Below are positions 47,198 through 54,792 of a stretch of 62,409 bases of DNA, one piece after another (the first letter of the stretch is position 1; every line of letters begins with the position of its first letter). The position numbers and the translations under genes were made by a program. The DNA is from a virus (Duplodnaviria > Caudoviricetes), in IMG/VR virus record IMGVR_UViG_3300042518_001073, positions 1-62,409 of that record; one strand, 5' to 3'. Under the pieces are notes generated by a model that had not been told where the DNA came from, did not search any database, and saw only the letters and a program-made list of their open reading frames with translations.

Positions 47198-47850
47198 GGG
47201 CCAGGTGACTCCGATTTGACCGGAATACGAATCATACCATCGCGGTACTCGTCGCGGCGGCGGCGTCCCTGCTGCTCGATGCCGAGGCCCTGGATCGCTT
47301 GCTGATAAGCGTTCTGGAAGTACTGCATCATCTCCGGCGGACCCTTGGTATAGCTATATGCCTGGATCATGCAAGCATAAAACAAGGCTTCCGGGGCGTT
47401 ATTGCTGATCCAAGTCGTCGGAGTGGTCGACGAGAGCTGCGCCGGGCGGTAGATATAGCCCAGTTCGACCACAAAATTAGCGTTTGGGGTCGGTGCGATG
47501 TAGAAGGTGTTCTGATCCCAGACCGAATAATACTTGGGGACGCCCGTGCTGGCCCCGTTTGGCCAGTATTCCTTCATGAAGGACGTGTCACGGAAGTCCA
47601 AAAAGATCTGATCGTTGCCCGAGGTGATCATCATGTAACGATGGGTGAGGATGTCACTCGGGGCGGTCAGAAACTTGTTGCCCGAAGTCATGTTTCCGCT
47701 GACTTCGAGCTTAAAAACGTCCAAATCGATGTCGCGGAGGATCCGATTCTCCGCAAACGTGATGAAAGTGTTGATTACTGCGTTGGTAAAGACGTTAGAA
47801 CCCGTCTCCGAGTAATTCCGAATGTCCGTAACCAGTTCATCGTACGTCAT
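47194..47850 (-). CDS. Head-tail adaptor/tail tubular protein
   Basis: MTYDEL...AENRI...G.PKYY...APTP...LFYAC. Confidence 0.7.
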   Translation of the reverse strand: MTYDELVTDIRNYSETGSNVFTNAVINTFITFAENRILRDIDLDVFKLEVSGNMTSGNKFLTAPSDILTHRYMMITSGNDQIFLDFRDTSFMKEYWPNGASTGVPKYYSVWDQNTFYIAPTPNANFVVELGYIYRPAQLSSTTPTTWISNNAPEALFYACMIQAYSYTKGPPEMMQYFQNAYQQAIQGLGIEQQGRRRRDEYRDGMIRIPVKSESPGP

Positions 47851-48197
47851 GACGTGACCACCGTGACCGATCCTACGAGCCCTGTGGTAATCAAGGCCTG
47901 CCCAACGATGTATGGTCGCATGTCGTTCGTGTTTCTGGCAGTGCCAAAGCTCTGAAAAGCGGTGAAACCGGGCGCCCCGACGAACACGGAGACAGGTTCA
48001 ATGCGGTCGGGGCGAGGATCGCGCAGTGCGATCGCATCTCCGCGATACCGTAGCGGCTCCAACTGCGGCTCTTTCGGCTCGTAATCGTCAGGGCAAACCA
48101 TGTATCCCTGCCAATTTTTGCGCAGGACGTTGTATTTGTACCGCTGGCCGCAGTAATCACACAGCGCAAGCGAGTATTTGCCAGTTGCGTAGGCCAT
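47847..48197 (-). CDS. Zinc-binding conserved protein
   Basis: CDYCG...VCPDDYEPKEPQ. Confidence 0.7.
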   Translation of the reverse strand: MAYATGKYSLALCDYCGQRYKYNVLRKNWQGYMVCPDDYEPKEPQLEPLRYRGDAIALRDPRPDRIEPVSVFVGAPGFTAFQSFGTARNTNDMRPYIVGQALITTGLVGSVTVVTS

Positions 48198-48862
48198 TAG
48201 ACCCCCAAATCAGGCACGAACTGCACGCTCGCCGTGTCCCGATCCTCCATCGCAGCGCGGTTGAAGTCTTCTTCGTAGATTGCCTTGAGCGCAGGGGTGC
48301 GATCCGGGGCAAACTTCAACGACAACTGGTACGCCAGGCCCGAGGTCAAGCAGGGCAAGAAGCGGAAGTTGACGTCTGAGGTGTTGGTGTAAACACCAGC
48401 ATCCTGGATCCGACGGATTCGGTAGTACACGAACGTGTACGTCTGATCCGCCGCCGGATAGAAAAAGACCTTCGGCGTATTCGTGCGCTGCACGTAGAAC
48501 TGCGCAGGACGCGCCTGAGTGGTCTTGTCAGGCACATTGAGCCAGTCCTCGCGACTGATCCGCTCGATGTAAACGTCCGTGTTGATGCCTTGGTTGTTCT
48601 GGCGAATGATCGCCTCCAAGACATTGACCGTGTCATTGGCTAACGAGATCTCGTTGATGCCCTGCGTCAGCGTGTACGTTGCCTGCTCAATCGTCCAGAG
48701 GTTGAGACCCCTGTTGGCCCAGTCCAGAAATAGCAAATTGAGCGAGCGACGTGCGGACGTGAGGTGATAACCACTCGTCGGCCGCATGCCGCATCGCTCA
48801 AACGCCTCTTCAATCAGATCGTCGATCGATAGATTGAAGTCTGTGGTGCCAGAAGTAGCCAT
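48197..48862 (-). CDS. Head-tail adaptor-like structural protein
   Basis: IEEAFERCG...WANRGLNLWT...RFLPCLTSGLAY. Confidence 0.7.
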   Translation of the reverse strand: MATSGTTDFNLSIDDLIEEAFERCGMRPTSGYHLTSARRSLNLLFLDWANRGLNLWTIEQATYTLTQGINEISLANDTVNVLEAIIRQNNQGINTDVYIERISREDWLNVPDKTTQARPAQFYVQRTNTPKVFFYPAADQTYTFVYYRIRRIQDAGVYTNTSDVNFRFLPCLTSGLAYQLSLKFAPDRTPALKAIYEEDFNRAAMEDRDTASVQFVPDLGV

Positions 48863-48865
48863 CGA

Positions 48866-49120
48866 TTAGCCGCAAGACCCGCCGTAGCGCATCTTCTTGA
48901 CCTTTTTCTTGGCCATGCCGCCCTTCTTGTATCCGCGCATCGGCATACCACCGCCCATCATGCCCATGGCCATTTCTTTGTGCTGGTTCATCATGCCGCC
49001 CTTGGCCGCCATGACAACCTTGCCAGTCTTCATGCTGGGTTCAGAGAGCATCTTGTTCTTCGGGCCTTTGCCCACTGCGCCGCCGCCACGGACGGCTGCG
49101 CCCATTCCACGACCTGCCAT
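48866..49120 (-). CDS. Small Met/Lys/Gly-rich basic protein with xxGG repeats
   Basis: AAKGG, MMGGG, YKKGG, MRYGG. Confidence 0.7.
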   Translation of the reverse strand: MAGRGMGAAVRGGGAVGKGPKNKMLSEPSMKTGKVVMAAKGGMMNQHKEMAMGMMGGGMPMRGYKKGGMAKKKVKKMRYGGSCG

Positions 49121-49121
49121 A

Positions 49122-49292
49122 TTAGTACCCTCGCATCGCGCGACCACGCGCGTCTTTGCCGCCCTTCTTCATAGCACGGCCTTTCTTATCGGCCATGCCA
49201 CCCTTCTTCATCTTGCCGACGCCGTCAGCAGCGAAGGACGGAACCTTTTTACCGCCCTTCATAACCATCTTCATCTTGCCAGGCATTGTCAT
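49122..49292 (-). CDS. Small Met/Lys/Gly-rich basic protein
   Basis: VPSFAADGVGKMKKGG; AAGGAGG RBS. Confidence 0.7.
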   Translation of the reverse strand: MTMPGKMKMVMKGGKKVPSFAADGVGKMKKGGMADKKGRAMKKGGKDARGRAMRGY

Positions 49293-49306
49293 TTCCTCCT
49301 TAAGGA

Positions 49307-49633
49307 TTAACACTTCCACCGACGACGCGCTTGACGGATCCGACTATTCGGATTCTTAGCGGCCTCGGGGTACATCTTCATCTGCCCCGCCGAACGAGCG
49401 CAAAAAGACTTGCGCCGTTTGGCTCGAGCAGGGCCAGGGGTACTTTCCGTTACTGCGGTCTGAAGCTTGCTGCCGGGATTGGCGCGACGGTATGCCGCCA
49501 CGCCTTTCCTAGTCATGCCCGCCCCGGATTTCGTAGAACGGAAGTTTCCGCTTTTGACCGACGTGGCAATGCCCATGCCTTTGCGAACGGCACCGCCGCC
49601 ACGAAGAGCCAGGCCCATGCCGTTACGTCTCAT
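49307..49633 (-). CDS. Basic conserved protein (DUF6321-like)
   Basis: GMTRKGV...NPGSKL...RRKSFCARS...RRWKC. Confidence 0.75.
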   Translation of the reverse strand: MRRNGMGLALRGGGAVRKGMGIATSVKSGNFRSTKSGAGMTRKGVAAYRRANPGSKLQTAVTESTPGPARAKRRKSFCARSAGQMKMYPEAAKNPNSRIRQARRRWKC

Positions 49634-49935
49634 TACGCAGGCGCTCCGCCGACATACAACAGCGTGACGCTGAGTACTTCGGCCGAGGAAAGCGTGGCAT
49701 GCACGCCGTTCGTGGCCAAAATACCGTCGTCCGGGATGATGATGTCGTAGGCACCGGCAGCGGCCGGAGTCTTAATTTCCATCACCGTCGTGCCACCAGA
49801 TCCTCCCGTTTTTAGGGTGATCGCAGCAGCCGTCCCCGTGCAGGTGTAGTAGACGCCTTGGATACGCGTGCGGCCATTCACCATGTCGCCTGTAGCAGTC
49901 ACGGTTTTGGACTTAACGTCACTTGCAAAACTCAT
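49633..49935 (-). CDS. Small structural protein
   Basis: SDVK...RTRIQG...IPDDGIL. Confidence 0.7.
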   Translation of the reverse strand: MSFASDVKSKTVTATGDMVNGRTRIQGVYYTCTGTAAAITLKTGGSGGTTVMEIKTPAAAGAYDIIIPDDGILATNGVHATLSSAEVLSVTLLYVGGAPA

Positions 49936-50132
49936 TTGTTTGCTTCCTCTATCGGGATGGGATCGGGAAGCCCCAGGTCAGACACTTCTGACACTGGGGC
50001 ATCCAATCGCTTCACCAAAGATTGCAAGGTGTCCACTGCGGCCTGGCAAGCAATCGCAACCTCATGTGCATGAGTACGCTGCTTTTCCAGACGAACGATT
50101 TCGTCTTGCAGATATTCCTTGGTGATTTCCAT
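49932..50132 (-). CDS. Small coiled-coil protein
   Basis: Coupled ORF with heptad pattern. Confidence 0.6.
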   Translation of the reverse strand: MEITKEYLQDEIVRLEKQRTHAHEVAIACQAAVDTLQSLVKRLDAPVSEVSDLGLPDPIPIEEANK

Positions 50133-50719
50133 TAGGCGATCGTGCTCACCATGATGTAGTACGTGGTGCCCGCGCTCACAATCGGAATGGTGTGCGTGGC
50201 AGCCGGGCTGCCCACCGCCGCGCGGAACACACCGCCTGTGGCCGCTGCCGGAAACACCGCAAAGGTGCCTACGGTGCCAGTGCCCGAGTTGGTGACGCGG
50301 AGGAACGAAGCATTGCTCCAGGTGCCACCCGAGGCGAAATCACTATCAAGCTGAAGCGCCGCAAGCGTGCCGCCTGGATTCGTCGACGAGCCACCGATCG
50401 TCACGCGGAGCGCGTTACCCGCGCCCGAGACCGTGCCCGAACCATTGATCGACAGCGAGATGTGGCCGCCGTTGACCGTGCCGCCAGTAGCAGCGTTGGC
50501 CGCCGTGACGCGCGTGAGCCAGCGGCCCGTTTCGCCCGAGCCCGTGCTCGCAACTTCGAGACGGCTGTAGTTCAGACGGACGTCGCCAGTCGTGGCCGTT
50601 GAGGTGGCGTACGAGCTAGAGATATTGCCGGCGGTGTTGACAACGACCGGAGAAGAGGCAGTGCCGGAAATAAAGCCATTTTGCGACTGTACCGGCCCAG
50701 AAAACGTGGACAAACTCAT
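50132..50719 (-). CDS. Capsid-associated/decoration fibre protein
   Basis: TFSGPVQSQNGF N-terminus; Gly/Ser/Thr-rich beta body; immediately downstream of the MCP gene. Confidence 0.65.
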   Translation of the reverse strand: MSLSTFSGPVQSQNGFISGTASSPVVVNTAGNISSSYATSTATTGDVRLNYSRLEVASTGSGETGRWLTRVTAANAATGGTVNGGHISLSINGSGTVSGAGNALRVTIGGSSTNPGGTLAALQLDSDFASGGTWSNASFLRVTNSGTGTVGTFAVFPAAATGGVFRAAVGSPAATHTIPIVSAGTTYYIMVSTIA

Positions 50720-50727
50720 AGAATTTT

Positions 50728-50805
50728 CCTCACATGCGAGTTAGGTACGTCTGTCTGCATGTCGTCAGCCGGGTCTGTCAGACGTACCGGAATTTCCCCG
50801 GAGAC
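50728..50805 (-). ncRNA. Probable Mu-gpT-DE-like cis RNA (double pseudoknot)
   Basis: Stem GGTACGTCTG/CAGACGTACC; loop CCCGG pairs with upstream CCGGG; loop ACATGC pairs with GCATGT beside the RBS; downstream of a gpT-like MCP. Confidence 0.65.
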
Positions 50806-50831
50806 TTGACTATACGTGAAGGAAGTGCATA

Positions 50832-50858
50832 GAGAAAGGGGGCCTTGCGGCCCCCTTC
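50832..50858 (-). terminator. Terminator after the MCP gene
   Basis: GGGGGCC-GCAA-GGCCCCC-TTTCT. Confidence 0.75.
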
Positions 50859-50873
50859 CACCTTGCTTGCCTC

Positions 50874-51782
50874 TTAGGCCGCACCAGGCGAACCGAAGAT
50901 GCCTCTCGGATCAGAAAATCCGAAGCTGTACCGCTCTCGCGCTTTATAGCGCACGTTGCCGGTATCGAAGTCGCCCTCGAAACCAGTCTTGATGGCAACA
51001 CGCTGGAACATCTTCATGCCGTTCGGGGCGTCGGTCTTGATAAACCAAGCGTCCGGGTCGGTCAGGAAGTGGTTCACGGTGTAGCCCTGCGGCACCATGC
51101 CCATGTTCTTCACGGCGTTGATGTCGTTATCCGCAGTGCCAACGCGAAGCGTCGACTTGAGGATACGGTCAGCCGTAAACATGAGTTCCTTCGGGATGAT
51201 GAGCTTCAAGCCCTGAACAGCGATCTTCAAGCCACGCTCGTCGGTGAACGCAGCGATGTCGATCAAAGCCTGCTCAAGGGAAGTTTCACTCAGGTCAGCG
51301 GAGGTCGCCAGCTCGTTCTTCAGATTCGGGCCCGAGAGGGTCGGGTGGTCATCTGCGCAGAGCGGCTTTCCGTCGCCACCAAGCGAAGTCGTGAACGCGC
51401 CGTTGAGCACGCTCGCCGCCTTGATCTGCTTGGTCTGAGCCATGGAACGGGCCAGCGCCTTCGTGTAACGCGCCGAGAGACGGTCGTAGAGGTTGTCCTC
51501 AACGGCTTCTTCGGTGAGCGAGAACGCGAGGGCGACAGTCTCGTGGGTGTAGCGCGCGGTGTAGACTTCCTGCGCCTGGTCGTATGCAACGCCAGCGCCT
51601 TCCGTCTTAACCGGAGCTTCCGCGAAACCCGATTCCATCACTTCTTCTTCAAACGCACGATCGGAGCTCTCGACCGAGTAGATCTCGGCGTGCTCGTTCT
51701 CGTAGTTCTTGTACTCAAGGCCGAACAGGGCATTCAAGCCCGGCTCGAGTTCCTTGACCAATTGTGCACGTGAAATTGCCAT
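50874..51782 (-). CDS. Major capsid protein (Mu gpT-like, HK97 fold)
   Basis: MAISRAQLVKELEPGLNALFG, GGDGKPLC...HP, KARERYSFG. Confidence 0.9.
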   Translation of the reverse strand: MAISRAQLVKELEPGLNALFGLEYKNYENEHAEIYSVESSDRAFEEEVMESGFAEAPVKTEGAGVAYDQAQEVYTARYTHETVALAFSLTEEAVEDNLYDRLSARYTKALARSMAQTKQIKAASVLNGAFTTSLGGDGKPLCADDHPTLSGPNLKNELATSADLSETSLEQALIDIAAFTDERGLKIAVQGLKLIIPKELMFTADRILKSTLRVGTADNDINAVKNMGMVPQGYTVNHFLTDPDAWFIKTDAPNGMKMFQRVAIKTGFEGDFDTGNVRYKARERYSFGFSDPRGIFGSPGAA

Positions 51783-51800
51783 TTTTTATGCCCCTATATA

Positions 51801-52379
51801 TCAGGTTACGGCCTTGACGCCGGCGCTGCCGTACAGGTGCTCGTTGATTTTCACAACGACAACGGCAAAGTCCCCAAGCGCGTTGCCCGGGACGTTCCAC
51901 AGGCCAACGATCTTAAGGTTAAGAGCCGCCGTGTCCGCGATGGTGGACGAATCCAATTCCATCGAAGAAACGCCCGTGGTGGTGCTACCGCCCGTGCCAA
52001 CGACATCCGCGTTCTTGCCGATATCGGCCTGCTCGATGTCTTCGTCGGCCTGGATGATGAACAACTGACTCGGATCGTCGATCACGTCGGCAGTGATTTT
52101 GCCTTCGGTGATGTTGACGCTGCCCGGGTAGTAGTTCTTCCAAGTCGGCTTACCGCTCGTCGGATCGATATAGAAGCAGCCGTTGAAGACGCCGAGCGCC
52201 GCAGAATGCGTAGCCGGAGCAAACTTCACGACATAGCCGTTCACGATCGTTACCAGGTCACCCTGGTAGATCACGCCTGCTTGAGTATCCGCAATCTCGT
52301 AACCGTACTGCTTCTGGGATCCAGTCGCAGACAAATTGCCGAGAGGACGGAGACCAAAGGCTTTGTCTACATTAGCCAT
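51801..52379 (-). CDS. Capsid decoration/minor capsid protein
   Basis: AFGLRP...IYQGDLV...GVFNGC...DDP; directly upstream of the MCP gene. Confidence 0.65.
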   Translation of the reverse strand: MANVDKAFGLRPLGNLSATGSQKQYGYEIADTQAGVIYQGDLVTIVNGYVVKFAPATHSAALGVFNGCFYIDPTSGKPTWKNYYPGSVNITEGKITADVIDDPSQLFIIQADEDIEQADIGKNADVVGTGGSTTTGVSSMELDSSTIADTAALNLKIVGLWNVPGNALGDFAVVVVKINEHLYGSAGVKAVT

Positions 52380-52400
52380 TTGATTAATCCTCTGAAAAAG

Positions 52401-52892
52401 TTATTCACTGGTTCCATTTGTTTTGGAACCTCCGAATGAAACGCGAGATCTACGGGTCGGTCGCTCAATGACCATGCTCGAGTGAGCATTGCTCTTGAGA
52501 AGCTCGTTATCCGCAGCCTGCATTTGGTCGCTCGCTCTGCGGGCATAATATGCCGCGCGCTCTTCCACGCTCTCTTCAGGGATACGTGCCAGAAGAAGAC
52601 CTCCCACGCTGATTACTCCAGCATGTCGGCCGTCGTCTGCCACTGAAGCTGGGAAGTCAGGATATTCGTCCGCACGAACCAGCTCGTACCCCTCACGGAG
52701 ACGACCTGCAATGTTCGAACGGTCTTCTACCCCGCCTGCCGAAGCCCGAATCCAGCGGTGTTTGTACCCCATAGGAGCTGGCGGTGCGTCCAGTCGTGAA
52801 GGTGGAGCCCATGGGCGACGTCGCGCGGTCTTCGTACGAGTATCGGTCTCGCGGGAAGCGCGGTTGATGGTAGGCATTTTGACGTCTGACAT
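52401..52892 (-). CDS. Conserved head-module protein
   Basis: WAPPSRLDAP...HRWIR...REGYELV...GGLLLARIP. Confidence 0.7.
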   Translation of the reverse strand: MSDVKMPTINRASRETDTRTKTARRRPWAPPSRLDAPPAPMGYKHRWIRASAGGVEDRSNIAGRLREGYELVRADEYPDFPASVADDGRHAGVISVGGLLLARIPEESVEERAAYYARRASDQMQAADNELLKSNAHSSMVIERPTRRSRVSFGGSKTNGTSE

Positions 52893-52896
52893 AGTT

Positions 52897-53805
52897 TTAC
52901 TCCTTCACGTACTTGGCATATTCCTCGAGAGGAACGCCCAGCTTTTTAGCAATTGCCACTTGACTTGGCGTCAACCTGACAGTGCGGCGTGCAGCATTGT
53001 TGATCCCGGAGGATCGCGAGGCAGGCGCAACCGTTTGCACGTTACGGCCCCTGCTCTGCGTGCTCGAGCCGCTTTCCTGAAACTTATGCGGAAAAGCGTC
53101 TCGAATACGTTTGTCAAGCTCATCATAGTACTCGTCTGAGTTGGGGTCAACGCCGTCAACTTGTACCAACTGACGGTGAATGCCCCACGCGGCATGGGTC
53201 ATGACGGTGTCACGGCCATACCACTTGTTCTTCTCGGCCCACTCCTCGACCCGGGGGTCGACCTGTTGGACCTGCTGAACCGGCTGCTGGTAGGCCTGTT
53301 GTTGCTGCTGATAGGCCGCCTGCTGCTGCATGTAGGCTTCGCGCTGGGCATTGGCCGCCTGGATCTGCGAGTTCTCCAGGGTCAAGGCCGTCAGACGCTG
53401 CTGGGCCTCGGTTTCGGTGTCCACGTCGCCCTCTTCACGGGCCTTGCGGATGATCTGCTTGAGCGCCACGGCCTGGGTTTCGACCCGGTTCTGCGCCTCG
53501 ACGAGCCGCTCGGCGTCACTTCTCACGTACCGTTGCTCAAGCTCTTGCGCGCGCGACTGCACCTGCTTGGCATAGTCCAAGGCCGCCTGCTCACGGCGTT
53601 GGGTCTCGCGCAAACGAGCCGTCAGCTTGTCAATGCGCTTTTTGACCTTGTCACTGTAGTCATCGAGCTCACGCTCGTTCTTTTCCGATGCGGCCGCCTC
53701 GTTATTGACCTGCGGCAGCGTGGGAGTTTCCTCCTCCATCGGCACCTGGACGGTGGCGGGCTGTTCGCCCTCCCCGACACTAAATTCCAACTGTTCGTTT
53801 ACCAT
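52897..53805 (-). CDS. Putative scaffolding protein
   Basis: Coiled coil YSDKVKKRIDKLT; C-terminal LTPSQVAIAKKLGVPLEEYAK. Confidence 0.7.
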   Translation of the reverse strand: MVNEQLEFSVGEGEQPATVQVPMEEETPTLPQVNNEAAASEKNERELDDYSDKVKKRIDKLTARLRETQRREQAALDYAKQVQSRAQELEQRYVRSDAERLVEAQNRVETQAVALKQIIRKAREEGDVDTETEAQQRLTALTLENSQIQAANAQREAYMQQQAAYQQQQQAYQQPVQQVQQVDPRVEEWAEKNKWYGRDTVMTHAAWGIHRQLVQVDGVDPNSDEYYDELDKRIRDAFPHKFQESGSSTQSRGRNVQTVAPASRSSGINNAARRTVRLTPSQVAIAKKLGVPLEEYAKYVKE

Positions 53806-53817
53806 CTAGAACTCTCC

Positions 53818-54285
53818 TTACCACATGTGAAGGACGTCTTCAGGATCGTTCACGACCCCCAAGACCTCGTCATCGTTGATGAGCCGGATCTCGCCGCCGT
53901 CGATGGGGATACGCGCTCCCGCATAACGGCCAAAAATGATCCAATCACCCTGCTTGCACCACGGGCCGGTCGGGAACTTGCCCTCGTCGGCGTAGGCGAT
54001 CGGACCGACCTTCAAAACGTAGCCGCATACAGTCGTCAACTGCTGCTTGCGCTGCGTCTCTTCGGAAAGAGCGATGCCGCCCTTGGTCTTCTCAGCCCCG
54101 CGATACGGGAGAATGGCGATACGCCAGCCCGTAGGCGTGGGAATGCGATCCACCACCGACTCGTCGAGTTTCTCAGGCTTGAACCCTTCGGCCGTGTAGG
54201 CGTCCTCTAGGCTCGGCACGTGTTTGGCTGCCTCTTCCGCCCACTTCTTCTCAAGTGCGGTCGGCTCTTTTGCTGCTGCGCTCAT
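53818..54285 (-). CDS. groES: GroES-like co-chaperonin
   Basis: PTGWRI...KTKGGI...VLKVGP...GD.IIFGRYAG...LINDDEV. Confidence 0.9.
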   Translation of the reverse strand: MSAAAKEPTALEKKWAEEAAKHVPSLEDAYTAEGFKPEKLDESVVDRIPTPTGWRIAILPYRGAEKTKGGIALSEETQRKQQLTTVCGYVLKVGPIAYADEGKFPTGPWCKQGDWIIFGRYAGARIPIDGGEIRLINDDEVLGVVNDPEDVLHMW

Positions 54286-54294
54286 AAGTCTCCT

Positions 54295-54495
54295 TTAGAT
54301 TGAAAAGCCATCGTCATCCGTTCGCGATTTCAAAAGCGCTCTCACGGATTCCTCTACTAGCTTCAATCCTTCAAGACGACCCATCATGAAGCGATAACGC
54401 TCCATGTCAGCAATCGTGCCGTTCAGGACGATATCTTCCGATGCTTCACGGAGATTTCTAATTTCTTTCAGAACTGCTTCTGCAAATTCAAGCAT
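54295..54495 (-). CDS. Small conserved protein
   Basis: DMERYRFMMGRLEGL. Confidence 0.7.
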   Translation of the reverse strand: MLEFAEAVLKEIRNLREASEDIVLNGTIADMERYRFMMGRLEGLKLVEESVRALLKSRTDDDGFSI

Positions 54496-54552
54496 GGTAG
54501 GTTTCCATGAAAAGCAGACGGTTTTGCGCACCGTCCGAAGCGCTTAATCAAC

Positions 54553-54792
54553 TTAATAAATCTTGACTGGGCGGTTACCGTCCTTTTTCTTGACCGTACG
54601 CACACCACCGCCGGTGCCCATCTTGCGCGACTTGCCCGCCTTGGCGTACGCAATCGCTGCGGCCTGCTTCACAGCAGCGCCCTTGCTCTTCGGCTTGCTC
54701 GTGCCAATGCGGCCCTTCTCTTTGTAAGCCCCGACGAGCTCGCCGATGTTGCGGCTAATCGTCTTCTGGCTTGATCCTTTCTTAAGCGGCAT
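54553..54792 (-). CDS. Small basic protein
   Basis: MPLKKGSSQKTISRNI...KQAAAIAY. Confidence 0.75.
   Translation of the reverse strand: MPLKKGSSQKTISRNIGELVGAYKEKGRIGTSKPKSKGAAVKQAAAIAYAKAGKSRKMGTGGGVRTVKKKDGNRPVKIY

Noticed and set aside
50728-50775. Hammerhead ribozyme (CUGACGA present)
   Set aside because: The putative stem II is followed by UGAGG rather than GAAA, and I found no fitting stem I/III
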